A DNA stretch of 64,000 bases from Candidatus Lustribacter sp. (lineage in GTDB: Bacteria > Vulcanimicrobiota > Vulcanimicrobiia > Vulcanimicrobiales > Vulcanimicrobiaceae): contig OZ255842.1 of the NCBI GenBank assembly GCA_965277805.1, positions 2,848,001 to 2,912,000 on the forward strand. Direction: 5' to 3'. How positions within the stretch are numbered: the stretch's first letter is position 1; every line of letters starts with the position of its first letter. Positions 17,663-27,250 of the stretch are shown piece after piece. The position numbers and the translations under genes are program-made. A model generated the notes under the pieces. That model ran no database searches and had not been told where the DNA came from. It worked only from the letters and a program-made list of their open reading frames with translations.

Positions 17663-18804
17663 TAAACGGAGACGCTGAAGAAGCGGTTGAGGTAGCCGTT
17701 CGTGACGTTGGCGTTGTTGATCGTTGCGATCGAAATCTGCTGCTGGATGCGCAGCGAGTTCAGCTCACTCGAGACCGACGGCTCGTTGGTGTCGCCGATG
17801 TCGGAAGCCGAATTCGTCAGGTTGTTCGACGCGATGTTGTTGTTGGCAAACGCGTTCTGCAGCGAGTTCGTCTGCGCGCCGAGCTGTGCCTGACCGGCGC
17901 CGAGCTTCGAGATCGCGTTCTGAATCTGGCCGAGCGAGTTCGTCGCGTTCTGCGGCGTCGAGAAATCGATGTTCGTGATGCCGAGGCCCGTCGTCGTGGC
18001 GTTCGGAATCGAGACTTGCGTCTGCTGGCCCTGGGTCGCGCCGCTCTGGACGCCGATCGTCGGATTGATCGAACCGGCCGCGGCAGCTTGCGTCTGCACC
18101 GTGGCGCCCGTGCCGGTGTCGGCGGTCGTGAAGTTGCCGAACGTCACTTGCGTACCGTTGACCGTGGTGGTCGAGCCGGCCGCGAACGATCCGACGTTCG
18201 TGACTTGCTGCGTCGTCGAATCGGTGAACGTCACGTTGGCGACGGCACCCGAACCCGTGTTCGCGATGGTCACGCCGATCGTACCGCTCGTCGTGGCGGC
18301 CGACGCGGTTGCCGTGGTGACGACGTTGCCGCCGCCGGCGAGAATATCGTCGTTGGTCGTGGTCGCCGATGCGGAGGTCGACGGCGTCGAGCCGGAGTTC
18401 TGCCCGGTGAGCAGCGCGGTGCCGTTGAAGTTCACCGTGCTCGCGTCGCCGTTGATCTGCTGCAGCAGCGCATTCGCCTGGTCCTGAAGGGCCGCGTTGT
18501 CGCTGGGCGAGTTGAACCCGTTGCCGGCCTCGATGGCCAGGTTCTGCAATTGGCCCAGGGCGTTCTGAATGCCGCTGGTCGCGCCTTGCGCGACGTTGAT
18601 CGCGTCGCTGGCCTGACTGATGTTTTGGTTGGCGGTATCGTCGCCTTGCGCTTGGGACTCGAGGGCGTTGTAGATCGCCAAGCCGGACGGGTCGACGGCC
18701 GCGCTCGTTAGCCGGTTTCCGCTCGAAGCTTGATTGGATGCCAACGTCAACTGTTGCTGGTAGTAGGCCAGGGAGTTGAGCGCCGGCCCAGTGCTGATCG
18801 ACAT
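17662..18804 (-). CDS. fliC: Flagellin (divergent)
   Basis: N-terminal SSGNRLTSAAVDPSGLAI and C-terminal AQLGAQTNSL..NLTNSASDIGDT match flagellin terminal domains; AGGAGAG/GGAGGG upstream. Confidence 0.85.
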   Translation of the reverse strand: MSISTGPALNSLAYYQQQLTLASNQASSGNRLTSAAVDPSGLAIYNALESQAQGDDTANQNISQASDAINVAQGATSGIQNALGQLQNLAIEAGNGFNSPSDNAALQDQANALLQQINGDASTVNFNGTALLTGQNSGSTPSTSASATTTNDDILAGGGNVVTTATASAATTSGTIGVTIANTGSGAVANVTFTDSTTQQVTNVGSFAAGSTTTVNGTQVTFGNFTTADTGTGATVQTQAAAAGSINPTIGVQSGATQGQQTQVSIPNATTTGLGITNIDFSTPQNATNSLGQIQNAISKLGAGQAQLGAQTNSLQNAFANNNIASNNLTNSASDIGDTNEPSVSSELNSLRIQQQISIATINNANVTNGYLNRFFSVSV

Positions 18805-18867
18805 GGGGCCCCTCCGTTACTCTCCTACTGTAGCGTATCGAGCGCTCGAGCGGCTACCCCCGGACGC

Positions 18868-19650
18868 TCAACCTTGCGTAATAGTGAGCCCCGGCAAATC
18901 AAGGCTGGCACACAATTCGGCATGGAGGAGCCCGTTGGATCCGGCGATCGACCCCGCGGCCAGGTCGAGGGGCGACCCGTCGATCGCACTAACCCGGCCG
19001 CCCGCCTCTTCGATCAGGAGCGCGCCGGCCGCCACATCCCACGGCTTGAGGTCCCATTCCCAGAAGGCATCGAAGCGGCCGGCGGCCACCATGGCCAGGT
19101 CGAGCGCCGCCGAACCATCCCGGCGTACACCCTGCACCAGGCGCGACATCGCCGCAAAATACCGCCCGTTGCGGTCGTACTGGGCCGGGTTGAAGCCCGT
19201 GCAGATCAGCGCCGACCGCAGCGATGGGGTCGCCGAAACCCGGATCGGCTTCCCGTTGAGGGTCGCCCCGCCACCCCGCCGGGCGGCAAACCGCATCCCC
19301 AAGAGGGGCGCTTCGATCGCCGCCGCTTCGAGCACCCCGCCTCGCTCGTAGGCGATCGAGACGCAGAACATCGGGTAGCGGTGCGCATAATTTGTGGTGC
19401 CGTCGAGGGGGTCGACGATGAACCGCTCGTCACTCGTCCCGGCGTAAACGCCGCCCTCTTCACCGAGAATGGCGGCGTCCGGAAAGGCGGTCCGGACCGC
19501 CGCCACGATCGCAGCTTCACTGGCCCGATCCGCTTCGGTCACGATATCGCGGGGGTTCTTCTCCACCACCTCGTGGACATCGTCGAAGCGCTCGCGCAAC
19601 AGCTCAGCTGCGTGATGGGCGAGGCCGGTGACGAAATCGAGCGGGTCCAC
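18868..19650 (-). CDS. suhB: Inositol monophosphatase family protein
   Basis: DIVTEAD, ILGEE, VDPLDGTTNY, WDVAAG; AGGAGA RBS before GTG. Confidence 0.92.
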   Translation of the reverse strand: MDPLDFVTGLAHHAAELLRERFDDVHEVVEKNPRDIVTEADRASEAAIVAAVRTAFPDAAILGEEGGVYAGTSDERFIVDPLDGTTNYAHRYPMFCVSIAYERGGVLEAAAIEAPLLGMRFAARRGGGATLNGKPIRVSATPSLRSALICTGFNPAQYDRNGRYFAAMSRLVQGVRRDGSAALDLAMVAAGRFDAFWEWDLKPWDVAAGALLIEEAGGRVSAIDGSPLDLAAGSIAGSNGLLHAELCASLDLPGLTITQG

Positions 19651-19678
19651 ACTTCTCCTATTCGGAACACGTCGGCTG

Positions 19679-20149
19679 ATGTTTCGAAGAGCGTATCGGA
19701 CCCGGCTCGATCGCATCCTCGCCGCGGTCGAGATTCCCGCGATCGGCCTGTGGGTCGGAGCACTCTGCGGCTTCGCGTTCATTTCCGCACCGGCCGCGTT
19801 CCGGATCGTCAGCGACATCACGCAGTTCGCAGACCTCACCGCGACCAACCTGCGCGTCCTCGGGTACGTGGGCGCGATCTGCGGCGGGATCGCGATCGTC
19901 GTCGCGCTCGTGCGCTCGTTCGACGCGTCCGATCGCACCAACGACATCGTTCGGGCCGCGCTGATTTTGGTCGCGCTGCTGCTGGTGGCGTACGAAAGCT
20001 TCGCGGTCGTGCCGGCGCTCGCCGCGATGACCGACGTGCACTCGGCCGATTTTGCCGAACTGCACCAGCGCTCGACGCAGGTCTACGGCGGCGTCGTCGT
20101 GTTGGCGCTGGCGGCGCTCGTCCTGGCGGCCGTCCGGGGAGACGCGTAG
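19679..20149 (+). CDS. DUF4149-like membrane protein
   Basis: 4 TM helices; WVG..F.FISAPAAF and FAELHQRS motifs. Confidence 0.75.
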   Translation: MFRRAYRTRLDRILAAVEIPAIGLWVGALCGFAFISAPAAFRIVSDITQFADLTATNLRVLGYVGAICGGIAIVVALVRSFDASDRTNDIVRAALILVALLLVAYESFAVVPALAAMTDVHSADFAELHQRSTQVYGGVVVLALAALVLAAVRGDA

Positions 20150-20158
20150 CGATCCGCC

Positions 20159-21454
20159 ATGGCGTTCCACGATGGGTTTCTCTCCGAGATGATCGGACGC
20201 ACGGCCGTGGTCGACACCGCCGGCCGGCGCCTTGCCGTCGGCCGCATCATGGATTTTGTGGTCGAACACCCCGACGATACGTTCCCCAAGATCGATGCGC
20301 TGGTCATCAAGAGCAGCAGCGGCAAGCATCTCGCGCCGATCGGCAGCATCCTCGACTTCGAATCCGACGGCAAGCTGATCTTGAGCGAGGTTCCCTCGCG
20401 CGTCGCGCCGCCCGACGATGAGGCGCTCTATCTCGTTGAGGATCTCTTCGACAAACAGATCGTCGACGTCGACGGCCGCAAGGTCGTGCGCATCAACGAT
20501 ATCGAGGTCGCGCGCACCGGCGGCGCGCTGCGCGTCGTCGCGGCCGACATCGGTTTCGGCGGCATCGTGCGGCGTCTGGGCGGCGGAAGTTTCGGCCGCA
20601 ATCTCGGCGACCGCCTACCGCGCACGCTGATCGCCTGGGATAACGTCGCGCCCCTGCACGACCTCAACCCTACGCAGATCCAGCTCTCGGTTTCCGATTC
20701 GCGCCTCGCGCGCTTGCACCCGAGCGACCTGGCGGAGATCATCGGCGATCTCTCGGCCCGCGATGCCGCGCGCGTCGTCGCCTCACTCGATGACGAAACG
20801 GCTGCCGACGCGCTCGAGCATCTCGATGCCGAGACCCAGCGCTCGATCATCGACGATCTCGGTCACGTCCGCGCCGCCGACATCATCGAGGAGATGGATT
20901 CGGACGACGCCGCCGATTTGCTCGGCGATCTTCCGCCCGAACAGCAAGAGCAGCTGCTGCGCGAGATGGACGCCGAAACGGCCGAAGATCTGCGCGAGCT
21001 CGTCGCCTACGACGAAGGCACCGCGGGCGGTTTGATGACGACCGACTACATGTGGATTTACCCGCACCGCACCGTCGCCGCCACGATTGCCAAGATTCGC
21101 GAACTCGCGCCCGAGACCGAATTCATCTATTATCTCTACGTGACCGACGAAACGGAGAAGCTGCTCGGCGTGCTTTCGCTGCGCACGCTCCTGCTGTCCG
21201 CGCCCGACGATCTGATCCACACCGTCATGACCGGCGACGTGGTCGGCGTCCATCCCGACGTCAAGGCGACCGAAGTCGCGTCGACGATCGCTCGCTACGA
21301 TCTGCTCGCGTGTCCCGTGCTCGACGAAGAGGGCAAGATGCTCGGCATCGTGACCGTCGACGACGCGATCGACGCGATCATTCCCGAGCGGCTCAAGAAA
21401 CAGCTTCCGCGCTTCACCAAGCGCCATCGGCACGAGCGCATCGAGCACGTCTAG
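20159..21454 (+). CDS. PRC-barrel/MgtE N-terminal/CBS domain protein without TM domain
   Basis: DKQIVDVDGRKVVRIND, LHPSDLAEII, TAGGLMTTD, GIVTVDD. Confidence 0.88.
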   Translation: MAFHDGFLSEMIGRTAVVDTAGRRLAVGRIMDFVVEHPDDTFPKIDALVIKSSSGKHLAPIGSILDFESDGKLILSEVPSRVAPPDDEALYLVEDLFDKQIVDVDGRKVVRINDIEVARTGGALRVVAADIGFGGIVRRLGGGSFGRNLGDRLPRTLIAWDNVAPLHDLNPTQIQLSVSDSRLARLHPSDLAEIIGDLSARDAARVVASLDDETAADALEHLDAETQRSIIDDLGHVRAADIIEEMDSDDAADLLGDLPPEQQEQLLREMDAETAEDLRELVAYDEGTAGGLMTTDYMWIYPHRTVAATIAKIRELAPETEFIYYLYVTDETEKLLGVLSLRTLLLSAPDDLIHTVMTGDVVGVHPDVKATEVASTIARYDLLACPVLDEEGKMLGIVTVDDAIDAIIPERLKKQLPRFTKRHRHERIEHV

Positions 21455-21457
21455 CGC

Positions 21458-22729
21458 ATGAACATACGCCGCTGGTGGCGCCGGGCGCTGATCATTTTTG
21501 CTGTGCTCGGGCCCGGCTTCGTCACGGCCTCCGCCGGCAACGACGTCGGCGGCATCGCCACCTACTCCGCCGCGGGCGCAAAGTTCGGCTACATCGTGCT
21601 GTGGACGCTGGTGCCGCTCACGGTCTCGCTGATCGTCGTCCAAGAGATGGCCGGCCGGATGGGCGCGGTGACGGGTCAGGGCTTAGCCGGATTGATTCGC
21701 GAGAACTTCGGCATCCGGCTGACGTTCATCGCGATGGCCGCGCTCTTCTTCATCAACACCGGGATCACGGCGACAGAATTTGCCGGTATCGCTGCGTGGG
21801 CGCAGATCCTGCACCTCTCGCGCTACATCGTCGTCCCGTTGGCCACGGTCGTCGTTTTTTTGCTCGTGCTGCGCTTGAGCAACAAGATCGTCGAGCGCGT
21901 CTTCGTCGTGTTCTCGCTGATCTACCTGAGTTACGTCGTTTCCGGCATCGACGCGAAGCCGGATTGGGGCGCCGTCATCCACGGCACGCTCGTCCCGACG
22001 TTCTCGCCGGAAACGGGTTTTCTCGTAACCGTCGTGGGTTTGATCGGCACGACGATCTCGCCGTACATGCAGTTCTTCTTGCAATCGGCCGTCGTCGACA
22101 AAGGCTCCGGGCCGCGCGACCTCTTCAACGTCCGCGCCGACATCTTCGTCGGCTCGATCCTCGGCATCGCGATCGCCGGGTTCATGATCATCGCGAACGC
22201 CGCGACCATCCATCACGCCTCGCTGATCAACCACAAGCCGCCGCTCGATATCGACACCGCACAAGCGGTCGATTTCGCCCGCGCGCTGGAGCCGCTGGCC
22301 GGCAAATTCGCCGCCGACCTATTCGCCTTCGGCATCCTCAACGCAGGCCTGTTCACGGCCACGGTGCTGCCGCTCGCGACGGCGTTCATCATCTGCGAAG
22401 CGTTCGGGCTCGAAGCCGCAGTCGACCGGCGCTGGCACGAAGCGCCGTTCTTCTACGGCCTCTTCGCGAGCGGCATCGTCCTCGGCGCGGGGCTCGTGCT
22501 GCTGCTGCCGGCCGACAAGCTCTTTCAGTTCACGTTCTACGCGCAGGTGATGCAAGGCGCGGTGCTGCCGCTGGAGCTCGTCCTGATGCTGATCATCATC
22601 AACCGCAAGCGGGTCATGGGCAAATACGTGAACACGCGGACCGTGAACGTCATCGCCTGGGCCACCGCGATCGTCATCGGCGGCCTCGCGATCGTCTACG
22701 TGGCCCAGTCGGTCTTCGGCCTAGGCTAG
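21458..22729 (+). CDS. NRAMP-family divalent metal transporter (NRMT/Mg-type)
   Basis: GPG..AGNDVGGIATY, QEMAGRMGAVTGQG, GTTISPYMQF. Confidence 0.9.
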   Translation: MNIRRWWRRALIIFAVLGPGFVTASAGNDVGGIATYSAAGAKFGYIVLWTLVPLTVSLIVVQEMAGRMGAVTGQGLAGLIRENFGIRLTFIAMAALFFINTGITATEFAGIAAWAQILHLSRYIVVPLATVVVFLLVLRLSNKIVERVFVVFSLIYLSYVVSGIDAKPDWGAVIHGTLVPTFSPETGFLVTVVGLIGTTISPYMQFFLQSAVVDKGSGPRDLFNVRADIFVGSILGIAIAGFMIIANAATIHHASLINHKPPLDIDTAQAVDFARALEPLAGKFAADLFAFGILNAGLFTATVLPLATAFIICEAFGLEAAVDRRWHEAPFFYGLFASGIVLGAGLVLLLPADKLFQFTFYAQVMQGAVLPLELVLMLIIINRKRVMGKYVNTRTVNVIAWATAIVIGGLAIVYVAQSVFGLG

Positions 22730-23058
22730 GCGCCGAGCCGCATGCCCACGGCTCCGATATAAGCGGCCAGCAAGATCATCGCGCTCGAGAGGATCGTCAG
22801 GACGAGGACGTTCTGACGCGAGTCGGGCTGGCGGCTCATGACGTTGGCCCCCATGTATCCGGCCCATCCCACGACAGCCAGCACGTAGTGCGGCGTGGGC
22901 GCGCGGTGGCCCAAAACGAGCAGTACGAGCCCGAGCAAGATCTGGAGCGAGAGAATGTAGAGCGTGATCCGCCGGCCCAATCTGAACCACACAAACAGGG
23001 CTGCGCACGCGGCAACGAGGATACCTAGCCACAAGTGCACGACGAGAACGCTGTCCAT
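22726..23058 (-). CDS. Hypothetical 4-TM membrane protein
   Basis: Hydrophobic helices with His residues (VHLWLG, PHYVLA) and LQILLG. Confidence 0.7.
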   Translation of the reverse strand: MDSVLVVHLWLGILVAACAALFVWFRLGRRITLYILSLQILLGLVLLVLGHRAPTPHYVLAVVGWAGYMGANVMSRQPDSRQNVLVLTILSSAMILLAAYIGAVGMRLGA

Positions 23059-23091
23059 ACCCGGCGGGTTCGCCGCGATGGGGTTGATGCT

Positions 23092-24273
23092 TTGCTGAGC
23101 TACGCGGAAGCGCTGGCTCGCATCGCGGCGACCGGTGGCGGCGCGCAAGCGCTGGCCTCCCAACTGTCAACGGCCATCGACGCCGGGGTCCTAGTCGAAG
23201 ACGCCGAGTGGAAGCACCTGGGGCTGGCCGCCGGCAAGGATCAGGCCGTTCCGCCTTCGGTACGCAACCTGCTGCCCGATACGTTCGAGGGTGAATCCGA
23301 AGACGGCGTGGCGCTCCAGCCGCCGGCCGACGCGCGCAGCCGGGCCTTTCCGATTCGCGCCGGCGGTGCGCGCTTGGGCTGGCTCTCGATCTTCCCGCGC
23401 TCCGGAACCGTGGCCGAGCGGCGGCCGCTGGTGCGGCTGACGACGGCCCAAATCGCAATCGAGCTTTCGCGCGACGCCGGCGGCGGGCGCGGACGGCGGC
23501 GTTCGTTCTGGGACCGCCTGCTCTCGCGCGCCTACGACGATCCGCTCGAGGCCCGCGAGGACGCGCATGCCCGCGGCATCACGCTGGCGCCCGGCTACGT
23601 TGCGGTGGCGGTCGAGGGCGAAGGCCTCGACGAAAACGTCGCCGCGCAAAAGAACGCCGAACTGCGGCGCGTCTGTCTCGACGTCCTCGGCACGCGCAAC
23701 GGCGAAGTCGTCGTCATCGAACGCGGCGGCGGCTTCTTCTTCCTCGTTCCGGCCGCGCTCGACATCGATGCATCGAACGCGCGCACGGCCGCGACGCTGA
23801 TCCCGCGCGGCATCTCGCGTGCCGGCATCGACGTGAACGTCGTGGGCGGGATCGGCCGGCATGCCGAGATGCTGCACGTTGCCCGTTCGGTCGACGAGGC
23901 CCGCGAAGCCACGACGATCGCGCGCCGCATGTTCGGCGGCGGCAAGGTCATGCCGTATGAAGACCTCGGCATCTATCCGCTGCTGCACCGCGGCGGCGCG
24001 CAACGCGAGGAATGGAAGGCGTTCGCCGAACGCGTCCTCGAGCCGTTACGCGCGTATGACGAGAAACATCAAACCGAATTGGTGCGGACGCTTCGCCTCT
24101 TCTTCGACGTGGGACAAAATATCAAGGTGGCTGCAGCCCAACTGAACGTGCACCGGCACACCGTTTTCTATCGCCTGCGTCAGATCGGTGAGATCGGACG
24201 CCTGGACCTCGACAGCCCACACGATCAACTCACGTTGCGTGCGGCCATCGCCATCGATGCTCTCGGCAGTTAA
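23092..24273 (+). CDS. PucR/CdaR family transcriptional regulator
   Basis: YEDLGIYPLL, LEPLRAYD..ELVRTL, AAQLNVHRHTVFYRL HTH; start uncertain. Confidence 0.9.
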   Translation: MLSYAEALARIAATGGGAQALASQLSTAIDAGVLVEDAEWKHLGLAAGKDQAVPPSVRNLLPDTFEGESEDGVALQPPADARSRAFPIRAGGARLGWLSIFPRSGTVAERRPLVRLTTAQIAIELSRDAGGGRGRRRSFWDRLLSRAYDDPLEAREDAHARGITLAPGYVAVAVEGEGLDENVAAQKNAELRRVCLDVLGTRNGEVVVIERGGGFFFLVPAALDIDASNARTAATLIPRGISRAGIDVNVVGGIGRHAEMLHVARSVDEAREATTIARRMFGGGKVMPYEDLGIYPLLHRGGAQREEWKAFAERVLEPLRAYDEKHQTELVRTLRLFFDVGQNIKVAAAQLNVHRHTVFYRLRQIGEIGRLDLDSPHDQLTLRAAIAIDALGS

Positions 24274-25570
24274 GGACGCGGGCAACGTGCGCCGCGACAT
24301 CATAAAAACCGCGCGCGACCGCGGGGTGAAGTGGATTCGCCTCGCGTTCGTCGATATCGCGGGCATCGAGAAGAACATCACGATCCCGGTCAGCGAACTC
24401 GAACGTGCGATGAACGGCCGCGTGACGTTCGACGGCGGCTCGATCGACGGGTTCATCCGCGAGGAAGAACTCGACATGTTGCTGCGGCCGGATCCGGCCA
24501 CGTTTGCGATCTTGCCTTGGACGCTCGATACCGGCGCACCCGAAGCGCGCATGCTGTGCGACATCCTGATGCCCGACGGCACGCCGTTCGAGGGCTGCCC
24601 GCGCAGCACGCTCAAGCGCGTGATCGACGACGCCGAAGACGTGATGCGCGACGTCAAGACGGCGCTCGAAGTCGAGTTCTACCTCTTCGAGCGCGACGCC
24701 AACGGCATCCCGACGACGCGCACGGTCGACGCCGGTTCGTACTTCGACTACTCGCCGTCCGATCGCGGCGACGACGCGCGCACCGCGATGGCGGCCGCGC
24801 TCGAAACGATGGGCATCGGGGTGTTGAGCGCGCACCACGAACACGGCGCCGGACAGCACGAACTCGACCTCTCCGCGGGCGGCGTGCTCGGCACGGCCGA
24901 TCGTCTCGTCACCGTGCGCAGCGTGGTCAAACAGATCGCAGCCCGGCACAACATTCACGCGACGTTCATGCCCAAACCGATCGAGTCGTCGGCCGGCAGC
25001 GGCTTGCACGTCTACGTGGGCCTGGGCGAAATCGACGAGGTCGTGCGCTTGCACGCGATCGCGGGCTTGCTCGACCATGCCGCGGGCTTCACCGCGGTCT
25101 GCAACCCGACGGTGAATTCGTACAAGCGTTTGATGCCGGCCTGGGACGCGCCGGTGTACACGGTGTGGTCGCAACGCAGCGCCAACGCGCTCGTGCGCGT
25201 GCCGCCGCCGATCGACGGCCCGCCGCTGCTCGAGATTCGTAGCCCCGACTCCGCGTGCAATCCTTATCTGGCGCTGGCGGTGCTCATCGAAGCGGCCGCC
25301 GACGGCATCCGCTCGCGCACGCTGCCCGGCGATCCGTTCACCGGCTCGACCTACGAACTGCGCGAAAAGTATCGCAAGGATCACGGCATTCGCACGCTGC
25401 CGCATTCGCTTGGCGAAGCGATCGACGCGCTCGACAAGGATCTCGTGATGCGCGGCGCGCTCGGCGATCATATCTATCATGCTTTCCGCGACGCGAAGCT
25501 CGCCGAGTTCGAACGCTATCGCCTTGCGGTTCACCCGTGGGAGCACCAGGAGTATCTTCGTAAATTCTAA
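24257..25570 (+). CDS. Glutamine synthetase family protein (atypical active site)
   Basis: FDGGSIDGF, EVEFYLF, HHEHGAGQHE, ATFMPKP, NSYKRL, EIRSPD..NPYL. Confidence 0.9.
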   Translation: MLSAVKDAGNVRRDIIKTARDRGVKWIRLAFVDIAGIEKNITIPVSELERAMNGRVTFDGGSIDGFIREEELDMLLRPDPATFAILPWTLDTGAPEARMLCDILMPDGTPFEGCPRSTLKRVIDDAEDVMRDVKTALEVEFYLFERDANGIPTTRTVDAGSYFDYSPSDRGDDARTAMAAALETMGIGVLSAHHEHGAGQHELDLSAGGVLGTADRLVTVRSVVKQIAARHNIHATFMPKPIESSAGSGLHVYVGLGEIDEVVRLHAIAGLLDHAAGFTAVCNPTVNSYKRLMPAWDAPVYTVWSQRSANALVRVPPPIDGPPLLEIRSPDSACNPYLALAVLIEAAADGIRSRTLPGDPFTGSTYELREKYRKDHGIRTLPHSLGEAIDALDKDLVMRGALGDHIYHAFRDAKLAEFERYRLAVHPWEHQEYLRKF

Positions 25571-26369
25571 CGCCGGCGCCGCGGCGCTATTGCGCGAGCG
25601 GGCCGGCGGTGACATCGCCTGCGCGATCGTGCTCGGCAGCGGTTTGGCGCGCGCCCTGCGCGGCGTCCGCACGCTCAGCCCGATCGGTTACGATGCGCTC
25701 GGCGGGCTGCCGGCGCCCAGCGCGCTCGGACACGTCGGCGAAGCGCTGACCGGGACGCTCGGTGGAAAGCGCGTCGTCACATTTTGCGGCCGCTACCATC
25801 TCTACGAAGGCCGCACGACCGATGAGGTCGTGAGCTTGGTGGCACTGGCCATTGCCGCCGGCGCGCGCACCGTGATCCTCACCAACGCCGCCGGCGGACT
25901 CAACCGGACTTTCGAAGCGGGCGACGTGATGCTGTTGCGCGATCACCTCAACCTCACCGGCATGAACCCGCTCGCGGCCAAGACATTACCGCCCGGCGTC
26001 ACCGAGCGTTTCGTCAACATGAGCGACGCCTATGCGGAAGACTTACGCGTCGTCGCGAAGGTCGCGTGCGAGCGAGCGGGCCTGCGCGCGCACGAAGGCG
26101 TGTACGGCGGATTGCTCGGGCCGTCGTATGAAACGCCGGCCGAAGTCGCGATGCTGCGGCTGCTCGGCGCCGATGCCGTCGGCATGTCGACGGTGCTCGA
26201 AACGATCTACGCCCGTTCGTACGGCGTGCGCGTGCTCGGCATCAGCCTGATCACCAACGTTCACGACGGCGCGCCGACGACGTCGGAAGAGGTCATGTTC
26301 GAAGCCGATCGCGCGTCGGCCAAGTTTGCGACGATGCTCGCGACGGTCGTGTCCGAACTCGCGGCGTAA
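25560..26369 (+). CDS. punA: Purine-nucleoside phosphorylase (trimeric type)
   Basis: VLGSGL, GRYHLYEG, TNAAGG, GPSYETPAE, GADAVGMSTV; start codon uncertain. Confidence 0.9.
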   Translation, partial: VNSNAGAAALLRERAGGDIACAIVLGSGLARALRGVRTLSPIGYDALGGLPAPSALGHVGEALTGTLGGKRVVTFCGRYHLYEGRTTDEVVSLVALAIAAGARTVILTNAAGGLNRTFEAGDVMLLRDHLNLTGMNPLAAKTLPPGVTERFVNMSDAYAEDLRVVAKVACERAGLRAHEGVYGGLLGPSYETPAEVAMLRLLGADAVGMSTVLETIYARSYGVRVLGISLITNVHDGAPTTSEEVMFEADRASAKFATMLATVVSELAA

Positions 26370-26375
26370 CGAGAC

Positions 26376-27218
26376 ATGCTGCGATCGGTTTTTCTGGCCA
26401 GCGCGGCCAGTGCGCTGGCCACGCGGCCGGCGAGTTTGGACGGCCTCGAACGCCGCGCCGGCGGCCGGCTCGGGGTCTTCGCGATCGACACCGGCAGCGG
26501 ACGCACGTTCGAACACCGCGCGCACGAACGCTTTCCGATGTGCAGCACGTTCAAACTGCTCGCCGTCGGCGCGGTGCTGGCGCGCGTCGATCAGCACAAC
26601 GAAGATCTGGGCCGGCGGGTCGGGTTCACGCAGAGCGATATGCTCGACAACTCACCCGTGACGCAGACCAACCTGAACCTCGCCTCGATGACGATCGGCC
26701 AGTTGTGTGAAGCGGCGATCGTGCAGAGCGACAATACCGCGGCCAACCTGCTGCTGCATTCGCTGCTCGGGCCGGCCGGCGTGACGAAATTTGCGCGCAA
26801 GCTCGGCGATCAGGTAACGCGCCTCGACCGCGACGAACCCGACGTCAACAGTGCGATACCGGGCGACCCGCGCGACACCACCTCGCCCGCGGCCATGGCC
26901 GGCGATGCCCGCGCGCTCGTGCTCGGCACGGTGCTGTCGCCGCGCTTGCGCGCGCGGCTCGTCGCATGGATGCGCGCGTGCGAAACCGGCCGCGACGCGC
27001 TGCGCGCCGGCCTGCCGGCGACCTGGATCACCGGCGATAAGACCGGTTCGGGCGCGCACGGAACGACCAACGACGTGGCCGTGATCTGGCCGCCGCAGCG
27101 CGCACCGATCGTGGTCGCCGCGTACTCCACCGGTTTGCGCGGTTCGAGTGCCGAGCACTATGCGGTGCTAGCCTCGGTCGGCCGTATCGTGTTCCAGGAA
27201 TATCGCCTGGCCCACTGA
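26376..27218 (+). CDS. bla: Class A beta-lactamase
   Basis: ERFPMCSTFK (SxxK), SDN, RLDRDEPDVN (E166/N170), DKTG. Confidence 0.93.
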   Translation: MLRSVFLASAASALATRPASLDGLERRAGGRLGVFAIDTGSGRTFEHRAHERFPMCSTFKLLAVGAVLARVDQHNEDLGRRVGFTQSDMLDNSPVTQTNLNLASMTIGQLCEAAIVQSDNTAANLLLHSLLGPAGVTKFARKLGDQVTRLDRDEPDVNSAIPGDPRDTTSPAAMAGDARALVLGTVLSPRLRARLVAWMRACETGRDALRAGLPATWITGDKTGSGAHGTTNDVAVIWPPQRAPIVVAAYSTGLRGSSAEHYAVLASVGRIVFQEYRLAH

Positions 27219-27250
27219 AGCCCCGGCCGAGCCGACCTGGAAGGGACTAG

